Of a stretch of DNA of 64,000 nucleotides, positions 1 to 11,745 are shown piece by piece. The notes under the pieces were generated by a model that was not told the DNA's origin, ran no database searches, and worked only from the letters and a program-made list of their open reading frames with translations. The DNA is taken from contig OX597816.1 in NCBI GenBank assembly GCA_951406725.2, positions 83,700,001 to 83,764,000 on the forward strand. The letters are read 5' to 3'. The translations under genes were made by a program, and so were the position numbers. Every line of letters begins with the position of its first letter. Within the stretch, counting starts at the first letter, position 1. Origin of the DNA: Octopus vulgaris (lineage: Eukaryota).

Positions 1-135
1 GGCTGATGATGCACCAAAGTTCAATGAAATTTCATTTTATAAGTCCTTCACGTCTTTAATCTGTATTATAGCAGCACTTTTTGAGACTGGGGGCAAACAC
101 AGACATATGCGAACGTGCGCAGAAATATACGCATA

Positions 136-138
<3 letters not shown>

Positions 139-218
<80 letters not shown>
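139..218. repeat. (AG)n microsatellite
   Basis: Pure AG dinucleotide run of ~80 bp; it produces the spurious ERER/LSLS ORFs. Confidence 0.98.
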
Positions 219-221
<3 letters not shown>

Positions 222-566
222 GAGACAGACATTGTTTATAATTCGAACAATGCTGGCAAACAATTTCCCTCTCTTCATAAAGAGAAAGAATATGCTCACA
301 CACATAAAAAGAGATAGAGAAAAAGAGAAAGAGAGAGAGAGAGAGAAAGGGAGAGAAAGTGGGTAGAACATGAAAACGAAAGAAACAAAACGTCAGCGTC
401 GAATTAGCGATACCAACTAGGCGGCGGTGGCAAACGGCTGTGCCAAAACGTCTCAAAGACATGCGAAGATGCATACGGTCAAAGATTGACGATATATGTT
501 CTCTGTAAATCCAAAACCTTTCCCTTTTTCTTTTAAGAATTACTGTTTTTATATACAGACATCGTG

Positions 567-598
<32 letters not shown>

Positions 599-762
599 AA
601 TACAAGAAGCTGCAGGGAAACCAAATACTTTTTAATTACTAACATTTTAAAAACCATTACGTTCCCCTGTTAATAAGAGATGTCTGTGTACGCGCGTATG
701 GATATGTGTTTATAGATATATACAAAAATACACATGCTCACCATATATATATATATATATAT

Positions 763-885
<123 letters not shown>

Positions 886-1432
886 TGTATATGTATATTT
901 GAAATTAGCGAAATTGTTTAAACACCGTATTTAACTATATTTAATTTAAATGTCTCCGAAAATTTCTTCCCCAATTTTTTTTATCTACCATAATCATTAA
1001 TCATTTACGCTATCTCAATTTGTGCGTGACTATACATGCATGCACATATACACCTTCTTATACACACACATACTTACACATACATATCTATATATATTTA
1101 TATAAATATATACAAGCATACATATGTATATACATACACTCATGCACATACATGCATACATATACAAATACACACACGCATTCACAGACACACACATATG
1201 TATAATATATATATTGCCCCACTTATATACACTTATATACACATACATAAAAACATACTTAGAGTGAAATTAAAGGAATTCTTGAAAAACTTTCTCTCTT
1301 AAAATGTAAAATTTATTAAATTTAAATGTCTTCCAATAATTCTTTATCTTCTATCTTTACCACCCATTATTAACTGACTGCATCTTCGTATGAGTGCACA
1401 CACGCACACACGCACGCGTGCACACACACACA

Positions 1433-1479
<47 letters not shown>

Positions 1480-1553
1480 AAAGATATAAGTATATAGACA
1501 CACTGGCATATAATTCCTAGATTTATTACGTATGTATGTGTGTGTACATATAC

Positions 1554-1600
<47 letters not shown>

Positions 1601-1730
1601 TACACATGAATATAATGATATATACATACACACACACTCATATCTATCTATCTATCCATATATATATATATATATATATACATACACACATATATGTATG
1701 TATATAATTATATTGATGTATATATGTAAT

Positions 1731-1786
<56 letters not shown>

Positions 1787-2226
1787 TATATAAATATACA
1801 TATGTATACATACATACATGCATACATACATACATACATACATACATACATACATACATACATACATACATACATTTGTGTTTCTGTGTATATGTTTTAA
1901 TCTATTCCGAGATTTGCAAAATTTTTAATATAATTTTTAAGAGAGATGATGTAAATAATTTCATATTTAGTATATTATTGATGTAGGAGGAAGTCCTTAA
2001 ATCATCTCAAGATAAAAATATAAGACTGATAGAGAGAAGAAGAGGAGGTAAGGAAATGAGATGGCGTAGGAGGCTTTGAGGAGGAGTGAGAAAGGGATAC
2101 TAAATATTAAAATAGAATTTTATTATTTATTCTGAAATTAGCTTTTGCTAATAATTTTCTTAGAAATTTAGGAGTTGAAAAATGGAAGTGAAGGTAAAAC
2201 GAATAGCTTTTAACGTCTATAAGCAC

Positions 2227-2304
<78 letters not shown>

Positions 2305-2363
2305 TGCATATATATACACACACATATATATATACATACATACATGCATATACATATATATAA

Positions 2364-2398
<35 letters not shown>

Positions 2399-2609
2399 CA
2401 TATCTGCATATCTATGTATATATTTGATTGAGTACACACACATGCGCACACACGTGCACACAGACATATGCAAATAAGTGTGTATATACGAATATGCAAT
2501 CATCCAAATATCTATTCATCTAACTATCCACCCATCCATTCATCCACCATCCAGTCATCGACCCATCCATCAATATATACACACATACATACAGAGATAA
2601 AAACAAAAT

Positions 2610-2861
2610 AAATGCGCCCTTTTTAAAGCCTAGCCAGGTTCATGGGTCCGGTTACCCGGTTTCTATGGCGTATGTGTTTCCCAGTTGGACAAGACGCCAG
2701 TCCATCGCAGCGTTACTCACTTTTGCCAGCTGAGTCTACTGGAGCAACTTGAAATGAAGTGTTTTGCTGAAGAATACAACGCGTCGCCCGGTTCAGGAAT
2801 CGAAACCACAATTTTATGATCATGGTGCTGACACCCTAACCACTAAGCCATGCGACTCCAC
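2610..2861 (-). mobile_element. tRNA-derived CORE-type SINE (family C)
   Basis: The reverse complement has A box TGGCTTAGTGG, B box GGTTTCGATTCC and a CORE-like TTCTTCAGCAAAACACTTCA segment. Its tail GCGATGGACTGGCGTC...GAAACCGGGTAACCGG is shared with 52710-52872 and 54752-55001. Confidence 0.85.
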
Positions 2862-3534
2862 ACATACATACATACATACATACATACATACATACATACA
2901 TACATACATACATGCATGCATGCATACATACATACATACATACGTACGTACGTACGTACGTACATACATACATACATACATACATACATACATACATACA
3001 TGCATGCATGCATACATACATACATACGTACGTACGTACATACATACATACATACATACATACATACATACATGCATGCATACATACATACATACACACA
3101 TACAAGTTACAGCTCGGCAATAACTTGTTCTAGAGTTTGGGAGTCAAGTTCTTGGCGTTTCGAGAATACTTACACGACATCGCCATAGCACAATCAACAG
3201 CAACAAGAACAACAATAACAATAACGATCTAGATTAATATTAGTATAAGTATGGAATGTCTTTATCTACAGATTGTATCACTACCCAGTAATATATGCAT
3301 GGTGTGTGTGTGTGCTCGTGTATATGCGTTCATGCTTATATATTAACGTATGTGTTTAATGCTTGCTAACGAGAAAGCATAATAAATATTTCGCACCGAC
3401 GGGGATAATTAAAATAACAACACGAGGAAATATTTGGAGGATGGGGGGCGGGGGCGGGGTAACATGTGAAAATGTAAATACAATTTCCAATAAAGGATCA
3501 ACAATGTTCCTAATAATAAAAAATAATGATGAAG

Positions 3535-3602
<68 letters not shown>

Positions 3603-3604
3603 AA

Positions 3605-3635
<31 letters not shown>

Positions 3636-3650
3636 AAGAAAAAAAAACTC

Positions 3651-3706
<56 letters not shown>
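3535..3706. repeat. Compound (AAT)n-(AAG)n-(AAT)n microsatellite
   Basis: Directly visible trinucleotide runs. Confidence 0.95.
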
Positions 3707-3707
<1 letters not shown>

Positions 3708-3920
3708 GTTACAACAACAGCAACAACAGTAACAACCACAGTATTAATTTTAATAAGTATAACGTCCACGAAAATAACTTCTGTATGCGTGCATACATAA
3801 TTATATGTATATATATATTCGTGTTTATATACATATACATACGTATGTATACATATAGACATACATGTATATGTATACTTATATATGTATGTGTGTGTAC
3901 ATATACATATGCATATGTAA

Positions 3921-3960
<40 letters not shown>

Positions 3961-3974
3961 CATATATGCATGTG

Positions 3975-4014
<40 letters not shown>

Positions 4015-4293
4015 CAGACACATTTTTGAATTTTGTTCGGCTTAAAAATTAATTGCTTACTTTTTGCCTAAAATTAATTGGGCTTTCATATCTGATGAGT
4101 TTCCAAAATTTGTTAGCGCTCACCAACGCACCAAACATATCTATCCATTTCTAGAATTGTCTCCCCGCCGCAACCCACCAATTTGTAATTTCTGAACGTC
4201 AAAATTACAATTTGATAGAAGCCAAAGAAAAAGAGATATATAAATAAAACTATATTTTTAAAATTGAAATTAAAAAGAAAGAAAAAAAAACTC

Positions 4294-4338
<45 letters not shown>

Positions 4339-4985
4339 TCCGTAATGAATCTTGTGAAAAATTGGAAATGGAAAATTGAAAAATTAACAAAATTAAAATT
4401 AGAATGAAAAAAAAAAAAATTTAGTTACTTAACTAATCTAATTCTTTTGTAATTGAAATAGCAAAATATTCTTAAAGGTGCGAGATTTTGGTAATTATTT
4501 GAAGTTTTTCACACATGCACACTTGTATACATGTATATATGTGTAGCTATGTGTATATGCATGTATTTATAAAGACAGATAGGTAGGGAGATGAGCAATG
4601 CTTAATCTATCTCGCTATCTAACTAAATGTACACACACAGACATATACACACGCGCACGTACACACACACACACACACACATACAAACACACGTGTATAT
4701 ATCGAGAGAAAGAGAAAGAAAAACAGAATGAAACAGTTAAAAATGAAAGACATGCAGAGTGAGTGCAAAAGAAACGAGTGAAAGGTGAAAAGTAGAGTCC
4801 TTTCTCGTCTCTAAAGGGTTCTATATATAATATATGATTTTTGCAAAGAAAATATGAAAACTTTTGGAGGCTTTTCATAAAATCGCAAAACTTCACACAA
4901 GGAAGAAAGCTTTGAATCAGAAATTAGCGCACACACAGTCGTACGTACTGGCGTCATAACTGACCTGAAGATCCTGGGCTGTGAC

Positions 4986-5036
<51 letters not shown>

Positions 5037-5177
5037 CTTATCAGCTTTATCAGCTATATATATATATCGACTTATACAGCTTTATCAGTGCAGACTCTAC
5101 TTGGTGCTTTTTGCATTTTATGTATTATTATTATTCATTTCAGATTGTAGTATATTAATTGTTTATAGCAATTATCC

Positions 5178-5592
5178 ATGCTATAGCAACGACCACGAAA
5201 ATCAGAAGCGAGAGAGTTGTTTGATTTTAAAAGAGGGTATATTGTGGGTCACTGTGAGGGTGGACTTAGCCAACGTAAGATTACACAAAACCTCCGGATT
5301 CCTCTGGACTCAATGAGCAGAGTGTCTGTACAATTTGTCAGCAAAGGAAAAGAATGCACAATATCCCTCTCAGGTCAACCTGAGAGGTGTCTACGAACTG
5401 TCAAGCGGATTGTTGGAAATAATTCTTCATTGTAAGACAGATGATGTTGCAGAATGACGCCAATTTGGAGTACTACTGTGTCGTATCTCCAATTTGGAGT
5501 ACTTCAGTAAGGTGTCTCCATAAACTCGGCTACTATGTCAGAGCAACTAGAAGGAAATCTCTTCATCGTCCATTAAATATTCAGTAAAGGAG
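5178..5592 (+). pseudogene. Tc1-family transposase N-terminal remnant (paired-like HTH domains)
   Basis: Translation PRKSEARELFDFKRGYIVGHCEGGLSQRKITQNLRIPLDSMSRV... and, after disruptions, LHKLGYYVRATRRKSL match the Tc1 motifs 'LsdfeRg.IvG..e.G.s.r.Ia..l' and 'Lh..G...r.arrKp'. Stops are present, plus a 15-bp internal duplication (CCAATTTGGAGTACT). Confidence 0.8.
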
Positions 5593-5699
5593 AAATAATT
5601 TTTTAAAAACGATGGTGTCTGTTTACTTTCACGACATTTGTATAAACATACTCGCGTGCGCACAGACACACTCATACGTACAATATATATTTAATCAAC

Positions 5700-5885
5700 T
5701 CAAATAAACGGATAAACAAATTGAGAAAAAGGAAAAAAGAGAAAACACGACGAAAGTGAGGGTGTGCACAAGAAGTATATTAGCTTGACGCTCAGTGAAA
5801 GGAGAGAGTTTAACGTTTCGAGCACAACTCTTCGTCGGAAAGTAGAAAGGGAAGAGTTCAACGAAGGAGAAAAGAGGTAACGTGT
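5700..5885 (-). mobile_element. Short Penelope-like terminal-repeat element with minimal hammerhead-like motif
   Basis: The minus strand reads ttt-CCGACGA-A-GAGT-tgt-GCTC-GAAACGTT-aaa, then CTGAGCGTCAAGCTAATA, a downstream motif shared with 21754-21937 and 61900-62099. It abuts (TA)n. Confidence 0.6.
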
Positions 5886-5903
5886 AGTTACATACATACA
5901 TAC

Positions 5904-5982
<79 letters not shown>

Positions 5983-5997
5983 TATATATATATACAT

Positions 5998-6270
5998 GTA
6001 CATACATATATATGTATATAGGTATGCATATGTGGGTACAGGACATCATAGAACGTAAACAACATGAAATACGAAAATAAAGTTGGGTACGCAAAGAACG
6101 AGACAGCCGACAACTGATGAAGGGTCGTGTTTTATGTTACTTGTCTTGTTTTCCAGTTGTTTCTCTCGTTATTTGCTTACCCAGCTTTATTTCCGTATTT
6201 CACGTTGTTTACGTTTTATGGCGTCCTGTACCCATATATGCACACCTATATACATATATATGTATGTATG
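5998..6270. repeat. Long fold-back inverted repeat (~100-bp arms)
   Basis: 6001-6103 is the imperfect reverse complement of 6164-6266, and the spacer contains CTGATGAAGGG. The arm sequence (GTACAGGACA...) is related to 40241-40400. Confidence 0.9.
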
Positions 6271-7487
6271 TAGATATATGTATATATATATAAGCATATA
6301 TATATTATTTATATTATTATTTGATTGAACGCCACTTTTCCATTTCCAAGTATATTTATAAATATATATATCTTTTAAATTCGATATTATTAATATATAT
6401 ATATTAATGTATGTGTATGTGTATACAGCACCAATACTTGGTGTCTTTCGTATATTTCACTTTGTGGGTTGCATTTAAAGCGAGTCTCCAGTTTGAAAAT
6501 ATCTCCCTCCTACCGACCTGTTTTGAAGCTCTACATCACTCCAGGCTAAAAGAGAAAATGGGAAAATCTGCAAATATAAGGCATAAGTACTTACTACAGT
6601 TTATCAAATGTTTAGATAAAGTGTTTGCTTATTTTCATTTTTCTATTTTATTTTGGAGATTTGAAACACGTGACGTGGTACCCCCAGGCATATGACAAAG
6701 TAACGCACCGAGAGTATGCCCACTTTGCTGGTACCCTTTAACCGAAGTAACCAACGACAGTTTACTAAATAGTTAGTTCTTTAAACCGATTAGTACAGTG
6801 CCCTAAATTTATAAATTGAATTAAACATACAAATTAATGTATATACTTTATAATTGAATATGCAAATTAAATTTGATGTATTAATTGATATATAAATATA
6901 GTCTTTTTAATCATTGTATGTTTTATTTCATATTATTTTAGCTTTTCACGTAAAACTATATACAGCACATACTTATATTAATTTTTAAATATTTTCAGGT
7001 TTTGAGAATACGTATGCCAGTAAGTTTTATTTTAAATCTAATTTTAAATGATTTTGAGCTGTAATAAACCGAAGAATGGGTCATTGAATTCCCCTTCATT
7101 GAATTAAGTAAACCATTTAATATATATTTTACAAAATCATTACTAACCAAGTTCACAATAATCTGCTTATCACATTACGCTGACTAAATCCTTTATAATT
7201 ATTAATCATAGTCTTGATTATTTGGCTAATTCACTATCATTTGCAGAGACTGACAATCTTACGTTACTTCTATTCGTTCAAGGACTAATAGACCTTTTAT
7301 CGAAATCCCCGCTTAATTCCATCTGTTCCGTTTCGCTAGGCAGTAAATAGGCATGTCATATTATCAACAGCAGTGGCGGTGGGAGTTGCGTTAGTTGTGT
7401 TAGACGAGGGTATGAACATTTGTTAGTGAAAAATTGCGGTGCTTTTGACCTTAAGTCAACAAATTCTTCCCAATTAATATGCAATCG

Positions 7488-7700
7488 TATTCTTGTTTCA
7501 GTCATTCGACAGTGGCCATGTTGGGGTACCACCTTGAAGGGTTTAGTCGAATAAATTCACCCCTAGTGCCTTTACTTTTATTAAAGTCTACTACATACTT
7601 TATTCATCACATGCTTACCAATTGCTTCTGAAGAAGTAAACAAACAAACAGCGGTTGTCAAGTAGTGTGGATATAAACACAAATACTCAAGCACATACAG
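7488..7700 (-). mobile_element. SINE family A, 3' half
   Basis: TTGTTTCAGTCATTCGACAGTGGCCATGTTGGGGTACCACCTTGAAGGG...GGTTGTCAAG matches the family-A tail and body and runs into (TATC)n. Confidence 0.75.
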
Positions 7701-7707
7701 ATACCTA

Positions 7708-7803
<96 letters not shown>

Positions 7804-8899
7804 CAGCAATGGGCCGAGAGGAAACTGTCCCTAAAAGGTCGGGCGGAGGTGGTGAACGCGTACATCGCGCCCATCATCTACTACCGCCTGACCGTCGTAC
7901 CTTGTCCCGACCCTACCATCACCAAACTAGAACGCATCCTCTTCCGCTTCTTGTGGAAAGGATGCGTCCCGATGGTCAGGCGATCCATTTGCTGTCAACA
8001 CCCGTTAAAAGGAGGGCTGGGCATGCCGTGGTTGATGATGCGCAGACACGCGCTGAGACTGCGACATCTCCGGCTCTATGTAGACGACGGTGAACAGGTG
8101 TGGTCGCCGTTTGTGAGGCACGCATTCCCGCAACTCGTCTCCATGACCGAACTACAGTCGTGGATCAAAAAGAGGCCGAAGAAGGGCGAATGGCACCGCG
8201 AGTGTCGCGTTGCTCTCAAGCAACTCTGCCGTCCCGGGTCGACCTTGAGTGACTTCAACACAACCAAAGCATTCTATAGGGGATTAGTGGAGGGGAGGTA
8301 CGACGACGAGCTCGGGGCAAACCTGGGCGTCGACGAGGAATACCTGACCCGCCTGTTTCAAACGACTTTCGGCCCGGGACCTATGGACAACTTCCAGAGA
8401 TCCCTGGCCTGGCGGTGCTACCGAGAAGCGCTACCCGTTCGGGATAAGCTCTATAGGCATGGCTCGAGAAACACGGGGCCGACCTGCCCGAGATGCGGGC
8501 AGAGCGACGAAACCGCTCTGCACGCAATAGTGTCCAACAATTTCCCACCTGTGGGCTTATGTCGAACGACTGCTGTCACGTGTGGGACGTGTCGGTTTAT
8601 CCGCCGAGTCTATCGTTAATATCGTCACGCCTCCTTCCTTCAAACGGGAAGGAAGAGCTATTTTTATCATACTTGTGGCTATGGCGAAAGAATGTATCTG
8701 GTGGACGCGTCTGAAAGGATTAGAGACAAACACTTTCCTCTCTGGTCAATCTCTCATCAACTTCTTCAAGTATCACTTGAAGAAAAAAGTGAGAGTAGAG
8801 AGGCAAGTTTTGTCTAGTGAATGTTTTAAAAAAAGATGGGTGAATGTAGCAAGGATGGCACGTATGAATGACGAAGCCACCTTGACTATGATTCTATGA
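7804..8899 (+). pseudogene. Tx1/L1 ORF2 C-terminal fragment, frameshifted
   Basis: ORFs 7849..8619 and 8582..8899 join across a +1 shift at ETALHAIV/(QC)PTI. The paralogue at ~17870 reads ETLLHSLVECPGI continuously through this point. Confidence 0.9.
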
Positions 8900-9298
8900 A
8901 CCGTAAAAATTAATACAGAGAGTTGCTTATTTGCAAAAAAAAAAAAAAATATAACATGTGACTTCATTGACCGAGGTTACCGTGGTCTTTTCCGTAGGCT
9001 TTTATTTCCACGGGTAAACCTCACCTGTCCTCCCCTTTACACTTCATATTGACATTTCTGTGATAACGATCCCTATTGATCAATTTTTTTCCTCCCCCTT
9101 TTTTTTTAACCCCCCCCCTTTTTTTGTCCTCTTTCTCTCCTTTTACGATCCCTTTTGATCGACCCCCCCTTTTTATTTTATTTTATTTTTTATTTTATTA
9201 TTATTATTATTATTATTTTTTTTTAAACCTTCAAAAGAAAAGCTCTACCTTGTTTTTGTTCTATCTGTGTGCAGCCCTGTGTGGCTAATAAAGAAACA
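7804..9298 (+). mobile_element. 5'-truncated Tx1/L1-clade non-LTR retrotransposon (ORF2 C-terminus plus 3' UTR)
   Basis: The frame from 7804 reads QQWAERKLSLKGRAEVVNAYIAPIIYY...FRFLWKG...GGLGMP (L1/Tx1 post-RT motifs) and zf-RVT LAWRCYREALPVRDKL...CPRCGQSDETALH. There is one frameshift near 8532 and a stop at 8897-8899. The 3' UTR is pyrimidine-rich with AATAAA at 9287-9292, and (TATC)n lies on both sides. Confidence 0.93.
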
Positions 9299-9636
9299 TA
9301 TCTATCTATCTATCTGTCTATCTAACTAGCTGGTTACATAGTTTTATCATTTACAAATTACAACCAGAGTCTGAGGCCATGCTGGTGCGCTGCCTTTCAG
9401 TGCGATTGGTTCTTTTTGTGTGTTGTTTCTGGTAAAGTAGCGAATTAGACGGAGCTGCACTTCTTTGTGTCTCCTGCTGTAATGTGGGTCACATGATATC
9501 TCGGATAAAAATGTTTCCAGACGTTCTCTGAAGACCGCCATTCGAATAGTACTTGAATAGCAAGTTGTTTTCGACTTTAATGAAATGCTCTCTTTCTCTC
9601 CTTCTTCTTCTCTCTCTCTTTCCCTCTCTCTCTCTG

Positions 9637-9691
<55 letters not shown>

Positions 9692-9744
9692 GAGAGAGAG
9701 AGAAAGAGAGAGGGGAGAGAGAGGAGAGCGAGACAGAAGACAGA

Positions 9745-9895
9745 GAAGGGCTTCCATAGTTGCTGCAGCTGAAGTTCACCACACTTATAATTGGCCAACT
9801 GCAGGCTATGGAAGACGCTGGTTCTAAGTACCATGCAGTGGGAATGATCGAGGAACAAGATGGTTTCGGAAAAGAATCTCTTCACTACATGACCA
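9745..9895 (-). mobile_element. SINE family A, degenerate 5' half
   Basis: GAAGGGCTTC...GGCTATGGAAGACGC...ATGCAGTGGGA... resembles the family-A head region seen at 26584-26734. Confidence 0.55.
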
Positions 9896-10364
9896 TATAT
9901 GTAACATAGACATACACAAACTTACAGAAACACACTGAATAGCGAGAAATTTGCGCTTAGTTATAAAACATGGTACGTTTCCAATTTTCTACCCAAAAAT
10001 TAAAAAAAATAATGAAAAACAAAAAGAAAAGAACTTCTGCCTAGATCAAGTAACGCCGGCAATATGGAAAAGAACAATAACACCAGTTTAAAAAACTGTA
10101 ATAACAAATATAAACGTTGTAATGACCAACAACATCTTCATCGCACATGAAGGAAAAAATAACGTCAAGAATATGGGCATAATAACAACGAGGCAAACAA
10201 AATACCAACAACAGCAGCCATATTATATGAAGGAAAGGAATGCAAAGTGTGATAGGAGACAATGCCGCTTTGTAGAAAACTATATAAAGATAATAACTCC
10301 CTACAAGGTAGATAAATATGAACATTAAATAAACAATCCAATACCATAATTAGCTATACTACGC

Positions 10365-10439
<75 letters not shown>

Positions 10440-10502
10440 TATATATATACATATATATATATATACACACGCACACACATATATATATACACATACACAT
10501 AT

Positions 10503-10570
<68 letters not shown>

Positions 10571-10763
10571 ATACACGCAGACGTATATAAGTATATATTC
10601 GCGTGACTTTGTGTATGCGCGCTTGTATACCTGTATACGGACATGGATAGATAAATGCTAGAGTATTATTTTGTTTATTTTTTTGGGTTTAGATTTTTGA
10701 TTTACATCGTGTGACAATCGTATCGCACACAACACACGCAAATGCGAACATCAAACATACACA

Positions 10764-10802
<39 letters not shown>

Positions 10803-10822
10803 GTGAGTATACACACACACAC

Positions 10823-10866
<44 letters not shown>

Positions 10867-10942
10867 GTATGCATGTATGTCTGGTTGAGTGGGGTGTGTA
10901 TTGATGTTGCATATCAATCTTTTTCTGCTGTAATTACGCGTG

Positions 10943-10974
<32 letters not shown>

Positions 10975-11254
10975 GACATACATGCTTAAATATGTGCATA
11001 CACACACAGATATTTATAGGGAGGGGGCTAAAGAAGAAAAAAGACAGAGAGAGAGAAAGAGAGAAAGAGAGGGGGGACTGATTGAAATGGGGAGATTACT
11101 CTATGCACACACCTCTAATTGATTCACACCTTATCCAGAATCAGTTATTTGTTCACTGCAAGCTGTTTTTTCTACACAATTGTCTTTTCTCCACTTGCAA
11201 TCAAATTATCTTCACACACACACACACATTCACGTACGCACATACACACACACA

Positions 11255-11310
<56 letters not shown>

Positions 11311-11369
11311 TCCGCGCGCGCACACACACACACATGCACATGCTGCATCTTGTATTCTGTCGTGATAGT

Positions 11370-11745
11370 AACGGCAGCTGTAGTGATTGTAGCTGCGTCG
11401 GTGGGCAAGGAGATAGCGCCGGTAGCGGCGGGGCCAGTGGCGGCGGCAGCAACAGCAGTGAAGGGGGCGGCGGTAGCAGCGGTGGTGGTGACAGCGGTGG
11501 TGGTGGTGGTGGTTGTGGTGGTGGCGGCGGTGGTGATTGTACTCGCGGATTTGATGTTGGTGGGCGTTAATGGTTGTGAGAATAACGGTGGTGATGGTGG
11601 CGCTGATAGTCTTGGTTAAGATGATGGTGCTAGGTGGTGGTCGTGGCGGTGTTCGTTATGGTAAGTGCTGGTGGAGCTAATGGTGCATGTGTTGGGATTT
11701 ACGTGGTGGTCGTGACTGTAATGTCTGTGATAGTGGTTGTGGTGT
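11370..11745. repeat. Degenerate (GGT/GGC)n low-complexity tract
   Basis: Imperfect GGT/GGC/AGC triplets; similar tracts occur at 45580-45915, 58195-58330 and 59460-59640. Confidence 0.85.

Noticed and set aside
3-35. CTGATGA...GAAA at the window start (also CTGATGAG at ~4093)
   Set aside because: There is no pairing for stem II or stem I, so it is not called a hammerhead.
6477-6545. Possible minus-strand terminal exon after TTTTCTCTTTTAG (WSDVELQNRSVGGRYFQTGDSL*)
   Set aside because: Only an acceptor-like site is present, with no recognisable protein or partner exons.
11082-11619. Gly/Ser-rich and Val/Ala-rich ORFs
   Set aside because: Several frames are open over a degenerate GGT/GGC tract fused to (CA)n; there is no splice or codon evidence, and similar tracts recur elsewhere in the window.
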